Assembly: GCA_947629145.1 (NCBI GenBank)
Contig: CANRCQ010000002.1
Coordinates: 1-55,349, forward strand
Source: an uncultured Clostridia bacterium
GTDB taxonomy: Bacteria > Bacillota > Clostridia > Christensenellales > UBA1242
Length of the DNA stretch: 55,349 nucleotides
Direction of reading: 5' to 3'
Position 1 is the first letter of the stretch, and each line of letters opens with the position of its first letter. Below are positions 26,157 to 39,400 of this stretch, piece after piece. The notes under the pieces were generated by a model that was not told where the DNA came from, searched no databases, and saw only the letters and a program-made list of their open reading frames with translations. The translations under genes and the position numbers were made by a program.

Positions 26157-26534
26157 ATGATTGACTCAAAATCCAAACTTGTGCTAAAAATTTTGGCAAA
26201 AGAATGTTCTGGCGGAAGTTACAAAATTGTGGAAGTGGCAGACATAATCATGGCAATGCCAAAATATCTCCGTGCCGACAGCGAAAATGTTAAACACATC
26301 CTAACCTATCTTGAGCGCCAAGGAATGATTTCCATTAAATATGATGATGAAGATGTGTTTTGCATCGCCGTGCTTCCTTATGGATTTGAGATTTTAGAAG
26401 AAAATTCAATGAAAAAACAAGAAAAACAGGCTCAAAATATAAATTTTTTCAATATTTTTCTCTGTTTCTTCGCAGCACTGTTTGGAACTGTCTTGGGAAT
26501 TGTTGTTTGTTACTTTTTGATTAAACTGTTTTGA
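26157..26534 (+). CDS. Small membrane-anchored winged-helix-like protein (same architecture as 25717-26073)
   Basis: 125 aa. KSKLVLKILAKECSGGSYKIVEVADIIMAMP...VKHILTYLERQGMISIKY, then C-terminal TM FFNIFLCFFAALFGTVLGIVVCYFLI. Confidence 0.4.
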   Translation: MIDSKSKLVLKILAKECSGGSYKIVEVADIIMAMPKYLRADSENVKHILTYLERQGMISIKYDDEDVFCIAVLPYGFEILEENSMKKQEKQAQNINFFNIFLCFFAALFGTVLGIVVCYFLIKLF

Positions 26535-26536
26535 CA

Positions 26537-26626
26537 GGGCATATTGCCATCTTTGAAAAAGATGTCGTGCCAAGAACTTGGCACGAAAAAAAGCGACTTT
26601 AAAAGTCGCTTTTTTGCAATATGCCC
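26537..26626. repeat. Three-hairpin 'closed cloverleaf' element, copy 2; acts as a compound bidirectional terminator
   Basis: GGGCATATTGC c CATCTTT-gaa-AAAGATG t CGTGCCAAG-aa-CTTGGCACG AAAAAAAGCGACTTTT/AAAAGTCGCTTTTTT GCAATATGCCC. Sits exactly between the stops of two convergent genes (26534 and 26629). Confidence 0.7.
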
Positions 26627-26628
26627 AC

Positions 26629-27384
26629 TCACCTTGTCGAACTGACAACAAGTGCTTCTTTCAGTTCGTCAATATCATAATAAGTTCTAATCAATTTGTC
26701 ATCTCGTTGGCTGAAAACACCGTTCTCGCCCAGAATCAGCGAGTCCAACAAATGCACCCCACATTGATTGCAAAGGTTGTCAATTTTCTTAAAAGACTTT
26801 GCATCCGCATCTGATGGTTCCGCCTTCCCATAAGGATGGCAGTGCGCAATCACAAGCGAAGCCGGTTTTGCGGAAGACATAAAGTCGGTTATTTCCATAA
26901 TAGGTGTTCCCACTTCCATCGAACTGTTTTTGTCGATTCTGCGTTTGTGAGTGATGATGTTCACAGGGCTAAGCGCCAACAACAAAAGGTTTTCGGTGTT
27001 TCTAAAACGAAGGTGGTCTTCCACAATATCCAAAAGTTCTGCACGGCTTGTTACAACAGTTTTTCTGCTCATTCGCGAAGTGGTGTAGTAGAAGAAAAGT
27101 TCACTAAACATAGAAATCATTTTTGCGGAGCGCTCATTGATGCCCTTAACACGCATAAGGTCACGCTCAGACGCGTCCATAACATTAGTGAAGGTTTCAA
27201 ACTCGTCCAAAAGCCTGTGAGCAAGCGGATTCATATCACCGCGTGGGAAGATGTAGGTTAAAAAGAATTCCATAACTTGATACTTGCTTAAATTGTCAAT
27301 TCCAACATTTTTAGCCATTTCCACAAGCCTAGCGCGATGCCCCTCGTGGATGCATTTTTCCTTTTTAACCTTTTTCTCTTCCAT
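26629..27384 (-). CDS. radC: RadC-like JAB-domain protein
   Basis: N-terminal HhH-like LMRVKGINERSAKMI. JAB core LVIAHCHPYGKAEPSDADAKSFKKI (canonical HNHPSG...S.D). RBS AAGGAGAA, 22 nt after the giant ORF stop. Confidence 0.75.
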   Translation of the reverse strand: MEEKKVKKEKCIHEGHRARLVEMAKNVGIDNLSKYQVMEFFLTYIFPRGDMNPLAHRLLDEFETFTNVMDASERDLMRVKGINERSAKMISMFSELFFYYTTSRMSRKTVVTSRAELLDIVEDHLRFRNTENLLLLALSPVNIITHKRRIDKNSSMEVGTPIMEITDFMSSAKPASLVIAHCHPYGKAEPSDADAKSFKKIDNLCNQCGVHLLDSLILGENGVFSQRDDKLIRTYYDIDELKEALVVSSTR

Positions 27385-27406
27385 AATTTTCTCCTTTTAA
27401 TTTTAT

Positions 27407-30400
27407 TTAACTTTCTGTTGTTTGACTTGATATTTCGCTTCCTTGGAAAGCCCCGCCACCGTTGATAACTTCTCCCGAGCACCAAACATTGACCTTCCCC
27501 ATTGTAGCACCATATTCATACCAGTAATTATCTAAAATCCATCTTAGAAAAACCAATAATCTAGATATATCAATAGATGCAGAAACATATATTGTTTCAG
27601 ATACTCGCTGTCGATTGTCCCCAATATCGTCCCCTTTTCCGCCATAAATTTTGCTGTAATTTGAATCATTGCCAATAGCTCCATCAATCCATGCATTATA
27701 TCTTTCATTCATTTCATCGTTAGATGGAGAATGGAAATAATACCAAGCACCAGATTCTGTATTAAAGTCTGAAGCAGTAAACATTCTGTTTGGATTCAAA
27801 CCTAATCTATATATATCATTCACAACCAGTTTCCTGTCGCCACAATCTCCAGGATAAGCTTCATGATGCGTTTCGTTTATATCTTCACGCGCAAATCCTT
27901 TCTGTCCACCATTTCCAGAAAAATAGACATATCCATTTTGATTTCCAACTATTTTAGTTTGTCCTTGGTCGTCGATATACTTAATATAAAATCTTCCAAG
28001 TCCACCGACACCACCATTCCCGCCACATTGAGTACTTGCAATATTAGGTTTAAAAGATGTATCTTCTGTGCCGTTAAGTAAACCATTTTGCCCTTTTTTA
28101 TGTGTCATTCCGCCGGCGCCTCCGCCTAATGCTACATTCGAATTGAACCAACCGTTTACACCATTTCCACCATAACCGCTCATTCCACCAGCGCCAACAC
28201 GCGCAAGGGTGATATTATTAGTATTGATTTTGATAGAACCACCAGCACCACCTGGAGCGCCATCTATGCCACTACCACCTACAATATTATTGTTATCATA
28301 TGTAATGTATCCAGAACCATCACTTCCATTCTTTGCCTTCATTGCACTTCCTGCAACAATAATTCCGCCAGCATTTGGACAACTCTTCTCTTCCAAAGTA
28401 ACATTTACAGATTCCCCTTCACCAGCATCCAAACCAGTCATTGCAACATAGGATTTTATATTACCTATGTATATATCTTTATTGTCATTTTGTTCCACTT
28501 CTACATTACAACTACTTACTGTAATATCATATGTTGCATTAACATTTCGCATATTCCCGTAAAGTTTTACATTGTTAACCGATGCACTAATTTCTGGCAT
28601 TAGTAATGATGTATTATCATTTACATTTTCCAAAGACCTTTGTCCCACAAAGTTAATATCTTTGATTATGCTTTCATTGACATTAAACAATGTTGTCTCT
28701 TGAAATTTTAAAATATAGCTATTTCCAACAAGTGTTTTATCATTTTTTGTTAATCCCATAGATACATAAATATCTGCATCAAGTAGCACAATTTCAAATT
28801 TATTCTCTGGTTCCGGTTTCTCTTCCGCCAACATTATGTCTGGTTCATTGTCTTCACTGTTTCCGCCTGTTGATTGTATAGCTACATTTAACGGTTCAGT
28901 TGATTCTTCAATATCAAAATAATAAGTAAATTCAGTTGAATTATATGGATATTCATTTTTTGCGACAAATTCATAATCGTCTTGTGTTGTTTGATAATTA
29001 AATTCTTTAGATTCTTTCCAATGTAAAGTCTCTCCAGCATGCACTGTTATTGGTTCCGAGTCTTGATAGCCAAAATAAACTTCACAATTTGGAGTATCTT
29101 GTTGTCTATATTGGTCTTCAACAGCACCACAAAACGTGTAATTTCCTATATTATTAGGTGATTTTATCACAGAAATATAACCATCATAATATTTGTCACT
29201 ATCTGTTGATTCAGTTATGTTTCCAAAATCACTTACAATAAAATCAACTGTAATATCACTATTCCCATAAAAATATTTTGAGAAGTTTTTAACATCATCT
29301 ATACTTTTTTCTTCACTAGAACTTGAAGTAATATTATCATCATTTACACTTAATGTTGTTTCCATCTCTGTAATTGTCCCCGCGGTGAATCCTTTTGCTT
29401 CTTGATTGTAATATGTATATTGAATCATCTTTGTAGATTGATTTTCTGTAGTTCCATACTCAACCCTTATAGCCCCACATTTAAAAATAGTATAAGTATA
29501 ATAGATTCTTTTTGGCCCACTAGAGCTATTTTCAGTTGTTGTTTTGGTTGTAGAAATTGATTCACAAACTTCACCACATATAGGGCATGTCTTCTTTGTG
29601 TCACCTGCCTCACTCTCAATAATTGTGCCATCATATACTGTTTTAAAAACATTATATTGCGTGTTATTATCATCACCGTTTGCTTGTTTTAATGACAAAG
29701 TTGAACTTCTAAATGCAAATGGTGCTTGTGATGATGGATAATTTACGGTGTTAACAGTCAATGAAATTGATTGCCCATCAAACTCTTTCGCCTTTTCTCT
29801 ATCTGCAATACTGAGTGTTTTTTGTTCAGGAATCACACTTCCTTGTTTTATAAAATTATCTCCAATTGTAAGAGTATAGCCCTTATATAAACAACTCTCA
29901 TCAAATTTCAATGTAATATCCGTTACATCGTAGCTAAATTTTGCTTTGACAGTATAGAATTTTAAGCCATATTTTTCAAATTCTTCTTTTTCACCTTTAA
30001 AGTTTGCTAATTTTTCCTGAAATGTTTTATAGTCCAGTAAAGCTGCATTCCAATCTTTATCTCCAGACAATGAAACTCTTTCAACAATTTCTCCCAACTC
30101 TCCAAGTTTTATTGAATATTCTGTATCTACACTGTTTGGGACCTCATCTGGGGATCCTACCCCACCATACTCATTCGGTTTTATATTATCCGAACCACCT
30201 CTGATTCCATTAAATGCTTCAAAACTATTATCAAATGCTGTAAGATTTTCCGCACTTCCAGTTATCACAAGTTTATTGCCTTCAAAATTCATCTCCAAGC
30301 CATCGTCTTCTTTTTGTGTGAACACAGTCCAAGCCCCGTTTTCATATTTGAATGCATATTCATCATTTCCAAATGCCAACTTTCCATTTGCTTGTTCAGT

Positions 30401-33400
30401 AAGTGCAGATAAATCATATGAAAGTCCAACAAGAGTTTCATTTTCTTCGTCTTTCACTTTTTCCTTTGTCACATTAGAATTTAAAAATTCATTATCAAAT
30501 TCTTCATACTTTTCTTCAAAGGTCAATGTTGGATAAGTTGGTGTTGGAGTGCTTAATTGAACACTCTCAGTGGTGCCAGAAACACTGTCTATTTGTAGAG
30601 TTTCAACTGACATATCAGATTTGATAATATTTATTACTGTAAATTGCAAAGTTAAATCCAAATCCTTTTCATCGCCCAAATTCAAATTTTGAATCACAAG
30701 GTAATCGCCATCCCAAGAATAGCTTCTGTCACCCATAAGTTCTGTGCCATCTTTCCTTTTTAATGATACTTGCTCAATACTGTCTTTATCAAAACCATTA
30801 TTCGTAAGAGAAGCCATATAACCCGAAAGGTCTATGCGCAAATTATTTCCATCTTGTTTAACAGTGTTGTGTCTAAGGCTTATTGTCACAGGTTCTGTGT
30901 TATATTTGAATGAAACTTTGACTTCGCAATTGCTTCCTGGATTTTTATTAAAATAGATTGTTCCAGAAAGAGTATAAGTTGTTTCCCCATTTTCTCCGTT
31001 TTCAAATTTTAAGTTTTTAATAATTGAAACATCGTCTTTATGTCCAGTAACACTAACTATAAAATTCTCTTTTGAAACAGAATTCTTTAAAACATCTGAA
31101 ACAGTAAATTTTACACTAAAATCAGCATATGCTGCAATATAAACTGCCTGCATATTTTGTGAATTTTCAACAATCGCAACAAGTTGTCCATTTATCGACA
31201 TTGTTCTAATTTTTTTAGTGGTGCTTTCACCATATTTATCGATTTCCTGCATCAGCTCATTAATGTCACTTGCTGTATTATCTTCTTCACCGCCTTCTTC
31301 ATTGCTCTCGACATTATTTTCTTTTTCATGAAAATTAAAATCAAAATTAACTTCAGGATTATATGTATCGCTAGTCGAATACTTAATTAAATTAATTTGA
31401 TTTCTCACAATATTGTCATATTCATCAAACTCTGTGCATGCATAGAATGTTGTATCTGCAGAGAAATTATACTCTTTACTATTCACAGCAGCATTTTCAT
31501 CTGCTGCAAAATCATTATTACTGCCACTGGAAAAGCTATTTTTTACTGTTCCTTTATAGATACTCTTAGACATTGTAAGTGTGCTAGTTGCACTAAAAAA
31601 TGGAAAACGTGGTCTATTTATTGACATATTACCAACCTTAACTTTGTTATAAAATGCCTTAGTATTTGTGTCATTCAGTTTTCTTGTCATTTTATCTTCA
31701 AGATAAATACGAGCAGGAAAACCATAATTGTCATATCCATTGATTTTATAATTTGAAGTGCTATCTACTGTAAACGATGCAAGATATTCTCCATTTGGGT
31801 CATCCATCCAAGATTGTCGAGTAAATTCCATCTCTTGCACATCTCGAATACATCCAATATTCCCATCATTTTTGATATTGTCAATTGAAGATTGAGAGTT
31901 ATTGATACTTCCGCCATTTGCATAACCAAGTCCAAAAGCATACACCATTCTGTCACTGCCACCTTTATTTACATCAGCATTATATATCATTGTCACTCTG
32001 TATTTTAAATTAGAAAGCTCATCACTTTTCTTAAAACCAGTTGATTCATCACTACCACCTTCATATGAAAATTCAACTACAAATTTTGTTTCATCAACCT
32101 GATTTATTGCTTGAACGGCGCCATCATTGATACAGCCTGTAAGATTTGGTGAGCCATAGCCGAAAATTCCGCCAGCAATCGCATAAGTATCCGTGCTGCC
32201 GTAGTTTCCTGCGCCAACAAGCCCTGTGTTGTAAGAACTGTTGATTATTGTGCCACTTGCATAGCCCACAATTCCACCAGCAAGATATTTGTTTGTAGAT
32301 TTATCTCCATCCGTGTCTGTAAATCCGCTCAAAACAGCATTCGCATTGTAAGAGTTTTCAACTGTGCCACCATTTGCATAGCCAACAATTCCGCCAGCAA
32401 TATTACCAAGTTCCTTAGTTGAATTTGAATTTTGAGTGCCAGCCGTTGTTATTTCAGCAAAATACAAGAATGTTGGAGGATTACTACTTGTTGTTGGGTC
32501 TATAATTCCCCCACTTGTATTTCCTGTGCTTACAATTTGTCCGCTGTTTGAAGAATAAGTGATTGTTCCATTTGTTTCTTTTAAATATGTATCGTTTTCC
32601 AATTTATTCAACACACCGACAATTCCGCCGACAATTCCGCCATTTGTTTTTGTGATGTTGACAAGTGACTGAATCTTGTCCGCACTGCCATTGAGTGTGG
32701 CAACCACGCCCCCAACAACATTCGCACCAGAAGTCACACTTCCAATCGCAACAATATTTGAAATGCTTCCATTCACGGTTGATGCCAATGTTGCAGCGCC
32801 AGATGTTGTGATGTCCGCCAATCTAAGATTTTTAATGTCACCTTTCACCTCGCCAAAGAGTGGAGTTGTCAATGGTTCAGCTGACGCAAAGTCCAAAGTG
32901 TGCCCATCGCCATCTAAAATAAATTTGTAATCAGTCTTTAAGATATTATCTCCATATGTGCCATTATAATTTGACATATCAAGGTTATATTTCAACAAGA
33001 ATTTATAATCTTTGGTATAATTATCGCTAGTTCCAACCGTGCTTACCATCTGCTCAAATTTGCCAACATTTGGCACCCCAAGATACCATTCCCCATCATT
33101 GTTTGTTCCATAGTTTTCTGTCCCTGCACTATAAATTTCTGCATAACTTACTTGTGTATAAACGCCGTCTTTTTCTGTGTAAGTCGTCACATTTTTAAGG
33201 TAGCCAAAGCCGTGTGAAGCATAGCCATAGTTTACATATGGCGAGAAATACCATGGAGTTTGAGTTATATCTCCATTAGCAACTTCATCTCCATCATATT
33301 CAGGAGCAGCTTTTATGCTGTAACTTTGTGCTGATTTTTCTGCTTCGCTGTATGCCAAAGCCATTTCCTCAACTGGAGTGTAATCATCTTTTTTATCTTC

Positions 33401-36400
33401 TGTGCCATTATCTCCCACTTCTGCTGTGCCATTTAAGTATTGCCCAAATGTATTGAATGCGAATTTTTCTTCCCCTTCATTATTGATTGTATTTATAAAG
33501 TTTATTGAAGGAGTTCCTGACGACCCACTAAGCAAATCTGTCACTTTGATTTGAGAAATTGAATATACATCCCTTATGTCGTTTGAAGATAATGCTGAAG
33601 GTACTTTTGGCGAATACGCAAGTGTGAAAATATTTGTATTTACAAATGTTTCAAGCATTCCAGAAGAATAGGTGTTTTTGATTGTTGTGTTGTATTCTCC
33701 AACATTTGCCACACCACTCAAGTATCCATAATTAGGTGCAGCGCGATAAGAGATATCCGCATCCACAAAGCATTCATCAATCATGCCGTGTTTCATTGTG
33801 CCGACAATTCCACCAAGTTGCAATCTAGAATTTCCACCAACAGAAAGTTGTCCAGTCACACCAACGCCATAGATAAACGAATTGCCATTTGTCACGCCGA
33901 TCACACCGCCATAAGATGGAGACAAATTTTCTCCGTCTATATCTGCGCTTTCAACCTGAAGATTTATAATCATTCCAGTGATTGCAGTGAAATTTGGAAT
34001 AAGAGCAATAAATTCCACACCATCGGCATTTGTAACAGGATTATCTTCTTCACTTCGATTTGAGTCATAGAATGCCCCCATTGAGTCAATCAAAGCGCCC
34101 TTGTATTGATTCTTATATCTATCATCATCATATTTTTCCATATCGGAAATTCTCGTGTCACTGACAGTAACAGTATGTCCATTGCCGACAATAACCATGT
34201 TTGTGATGTTGTCCCCAAGGGAAGAGATAGGGTTTTCTTCTTTTCCCAAGTCACTATTTAAATAGAACCATGTTATGTTGTGATAAGTCCCCAAAATTGT
34301 GTCATTAAATATTTTATCAAATTCAACTTGATTTGCAGAAATATTTGTTGTAAATTTAGAATCAGCACTCAAAACAATTGGATTAAGTTTGTTGCCACCA
34401 AAACTACTAAAATCTTCAAGAATATTTTCATTTGTAGTCTCAGGTGGAGCATTGGAATCAGATGGTTTTATCGCTTTGTTTGTGTAGCCAGAATATGTAT
34501 AGTTATTATCTTCTTGGGCTCCATAATAGCAATCTGTGTTTCCATCTTCAACTTGATAAGCCATCATAACACCAGAAGAATATTTGTTTCCTCCGTATGT
34601 GACTTTGCCACTCTTTCCGCCAACAATAGCATTAACCCCAATTACGTTTGTTGCTAATCTGTTATTAAAAGATGTCATGATTGTTGAACAATTTGAAATA
34701 TGTACATTTGTTGCATAGCCAACAATTCCGCCAAAATAGTAAGTGGTAAATTTGTTATTAACAGAATAACCATCTTTATTAAACATACTATAATTTACAA
34801 ACACATCGCCATAGGTGCGTGCATTTGTGATTTCGTCTTGTTCATCGCCACTTGGTGTTTTATGATCATATGCTCCAATAACACCACCAACTCTAACTGC
34901 ACAACCATTTATAGTGTTTCCCCGACTTGAAACTTTATCCCAAACTTCAAGCGAACCACCAAAAGCAACATGATTGAAGAAGTTTTTTGAAGTTGTAAAG
35001 TTAAAGTTTGTTTTATTCATATATCCAACGGCGCCACCGAAGTTTATGCTTTTAACTGCCGCCAAAACCACACCAGTGTAGTTGACATATTCCGAGATGC
35101 TGTTATTTATACTGATTGTGTTTAAAGGTGCATTTTCATCTTGGCTGGCGTTTTCACCTTGGCTGAATTGTCCAACAATTCCGCCGATATTTGCAGTTGC
35201 ACTTCCTAAAGTTGAACCTTGTTCATCTTCATAAACGGAAATATTTAAAGAGTTGGTTGCACTTATATTTGTTTCAATATTGCCTTGCGCTGAGCCAATA
35301 TAACCGCCAATATCAACTACTGTGCCTTCTCTATCCTTTATTACTGTTGCAACATCGACAGTTCCACTGACTGCACATCCCCCTGCAATTGTCACATTTC
35401 CGCCATCAACATTTCCAATCATTCCGCCAATTTGTCCACCAGAAATGGTGAATGGACTTAAAACTTCTGAATGGTCAAAATAGAATTTATCAAATGTATC
35501 ATACTCTGTGTCGTCAGTTTCACTTACCTTTGCCTTGTAAGTTGGAACACTTGCCGCTTCTCCAACTCCTTGAAGTTTTCCAAGCCCAAATCTTACACTA
35601 AAGTTTGTAATGCTCACATTTGCATTTGTGTATCCAATCAATCCGCCAATATTCACATTTCCGCTTATCGAGCCTGTTCCACCAAGATAAATTCCACTTG
35701 TGAAAACAGCATTTGAAGCGGCGCTTCCGGCGATTTCAAGGCTTCCTTGGATTACTTGCCCAAAAGCACCCCCAGCATAAAGTGTTTGAACATTAGAGTT
35801 GATAATCATTGAAAATCCCTTAGTTTCGCCAGTGGATTCTGTTTGATTATACATGACATTGTTAACATTGTTCATCTGCCCAACAAAGCCACCAATATAA
35901 AGAGAATTTCCTGCCGTCACTGTCATTTCAACACCTTTAATTTCATTAAGCCCAACATTGATTTCACTAAGGCTGTTTTGAGTCAGTGCTTCTCCGCTTC
36001 TTTCAATTACACCGGAAAGCAATCCCACGTTTGTGATTTTTGCGCTGCTTGATATACTGATTTTTACAACCTTCTTTTCTTCGTCATTTTGGTTGTTGTT
36101 CTCCAATTCTTTTTCAAGTTGGATTCCAGAAACGGAGATTGGTTCTTGTGCCATGATGTCCAAAGAAATCTTTCCTGCAATAAGCCCAATATTTGCTGTA
36201 TCTGTGTTTGTGGAAGTCAAAGAAATAGTAGAATCTTCTCCCCTAACAACAATCTTTGTGTCAATGAAAGTGCAAGTGTCAACTGGCTTGTCAGTAATAA
36301 GTCCCACTGTGTCGCCACTTGTTGAAAGTGCAACACTTTTGTTGTAAATCAAAGAAACATTTCTAAAAATAGAGTTTATAAGTTTTTCTCCACTTCCTTC

Positions 36401-39400
36401 ACTTTCGCCGCCTACAAGTGTGTAGTCAATTGCCCCTGTTGAACTTTCAGCATTTGGAGTGAAATAGAAGTTGATGCCGTTTACGGTCATTCCAGTGCCT
36501 GTGTCAGCGCCGCTTCTAATGCCAAACAGTGGCGCGTCTATAATAAGCCCTGGGTCAACAGTGCTTGGAACACCTGAAGAAGGTGCTTTTCCGCCAATAA
36601 CAGTTCCATTCTCTGTCACAGATTCATTTAAACGGCAATCTTCAAGTCGTCTATCTTGATAGTAAGAAACAAGTGTTCCTGTGTATTGTTTAAATGCATT
36701 GTGAAGTCTGTTGTAAAGGTCTTGTGTTATCTGCATTCCATTTTGAGTGGCATTTAATCTTAAATCAATATCTGTGTATGAAGCTGAGAGTTCGTTTCTG
36801 CTGGTTTTGCCCCTAAGCACAATCTTGATATTGTGAGATGTTTCCATTGCACTTACAACTTCTTCTGTGTTGTAAACATCCCAAGTGATTTCGTTTGCCC
36901 TTTGTGACAATTCAATTCTAGGGAAAAGTTTGTTGTTTTCATGAACCCAGTATTGTTCCTGCCAGCCCCTTTCGATAAAGTAGCCCTTAAAGTAAGTTGA
37001 TGGAGTTGACAAATCGCCCTGACCTTCACTTTGCATGATAGATTCGCCAATATGAACGGCATAAATCAAATAATCCTGTATTTTATCCCCTTCGCGAACA
37101 TCAAAGCCAAAGCCAAATGGGTTGATGTAAACACTATTTTGCCCAATGACAACTTTGTTATATCCCCCAACTGTGATGTGTCCTGCATTGTTTGAAGCAG
37201 AATATGTTGCGTCATACACATTGTAATAAGCAGAGTTGTCTTTTATGATATACAAATTTGAATTAAGTCTGTTAGTTCTAGTAAATGAGTTATCTCTGTA
37301 TTGATAAAGTGCGCCAATCAACATAAAGTGGTGGTCACTTGTTGCCCTTAAATTTTCGCTTGTTTCTGCATTTGCAAGAACATTGTCGCCAACAAGTCTG
37401 CTGTTTTCTGCCTTGTAATAGTTCATTGCCATAACATCTCTCATAACAAGAACTGGCATTGTGGAAGATGCGTTGCTAAGCGCCCCAACAATTCCTGCTG
37501 AATAAGCATCACTTCTGCCATTTTCCAAATGAACATCCCCAGAAGCATATACATCATTCAAAACTATATTTGCATTTGGTGTGCCTTCAATTGCATCAAC
37601 CCTTGAAGTTGTGCCAGTGGATGAAAGCATTCCAATAATTCCGCCCACAGCAAGTGTTCTTGCAGAGCGAGCAACAACATTGAGTTTGCTGTATCCAATG
37701 TAAATATAGCCTGCCCCCATATAGCCCACAAGTCCACCAATGAACAATGGGTCGTCATATTTGGTGTCAACATCTTCAAATTCTCTGTCCGCATTTTCGT
37801 CATAAGAGAAAATGGAATCTTGTCCGCGTTCTACACTTGCGCCGTTCATATAATAACTGTTTTCGCCTTCTTCAATTGCATCTTGAATGTCTTGTGAATA
37901 ACTTGCGTAAACTGCAAACAATCCGCCGTAGTTTTCCCCAATCAGTCCGCCTGCATAGAGATTTTTTGCAATAATATAGGATGGATGAATGCTTCTTGAA
38001 GCATCTGCATCCAAAGTTAAACTTGCGTCATATATCTTTGTTGAACGGCCTACATATCCAAACAGTCCGCCTGCAACTTCGCCATAGACATTAACAAATC
38101 CAGAAACATGGACATTTAAAATATCAAAATTGTCAACAAAAATTGTAGTTTCAAACTTAACATTTGTGTCATTTGTGTTTTTATACATATCTACATAGCC
38201 AACAACAGCCCCTGCATATGAAAGGTGTGTTGTTTGGTCGATGAGTGGTCGTCTTTCTTGAATAAGCCCTTTCAATCTGCTTGTATATTCGGTGTTTCTA
38301 GTTATCGTCTTTGATTCATAATCCGCAGAAACAACATAGATGTTTGAAATGCTTATATCTTGAAGTCGGCTTTCCCCAAACAACATTCCCACTAAGCCGC
38401 CGACAATGTTTTCGCCGTTCACTTTTATTCCGTCTGTGGTGTTTTCGCCTTCAACGGCAACTGAAATAATCTTTGTGTCCACAGCCGTTCCTGCCAAAAT
38501 TCCAACGATAGATGCATCGGTGTTGACATATTCAACGCCAAGTTGAAGGTTGATAATTTTTGCGGTGTCAAGTTTTGCAAACAAGCCGTAATTTTCCGCT
38601 TGTTGAAGGCTTGACAGCCTAATTCCAGAAAGGGTAAATCCGTTTCCAATCAAACTCCCTTCAAAGGTTTTTGTGGAAGTTGTAAGATTGTATCTTCCTT
38701 CAACTTGTTCGCTTGATTGTGGATTTTGTTCGATTGTTTCGTCAAATTCAATGTCATTGACAAATCTGTAATTTCCCCAAATTGCTGTTGAAGAATAATA
38801 TTGTGCATAAGAAGAGATTTCGTTTGATTGAGCCTTGCCCATTGCCAAAACAAAATCTTTTGCCGACCTTATAATGATTGGGTTTCTTTCACTTCCATAA
38901 GACAAATCTATTGGAAGAAGAGTTGAGTTATCTCTAAGGGCTGTGTTGTAAATAAACTGCTCTGTTTCATTTGCAACAAACATATATCTGTTTGAAACAG
39001 CGATTTTGTTTGCATTTACAAGTGTGATTCCATCGTCTGTCTTAACCCAAATGCCGTCACCAGAGTTTTCCCCAGAAGCAAAACTGAATCCATACATAAG
39101 GTTTTCTGGATTGTTAACTAAATCTGCAATAGGAGTTACGCCAGATGTGAAGTTTGCTTCGTTGGTAACTCCTTCATTTGTAAGGCTGTAATAATAACTG
39201 TAAGTTATGCTTCCATTATTGAGAGAAAGGTCACCGCTCACCCCTGCAAATGGGCGTTGTTGAGAGTCGATATTTTCGATTTCGCACGCAGTAAAGCAAA
39301 GTGTGACAATGCCATCTTCGTTGTTTCTGTAAACAAAACCTGCAACATATGAAGCCTTGTAGGTGCTGTTTTCAATCGCGATGTTTGCATAACTGTTTTT

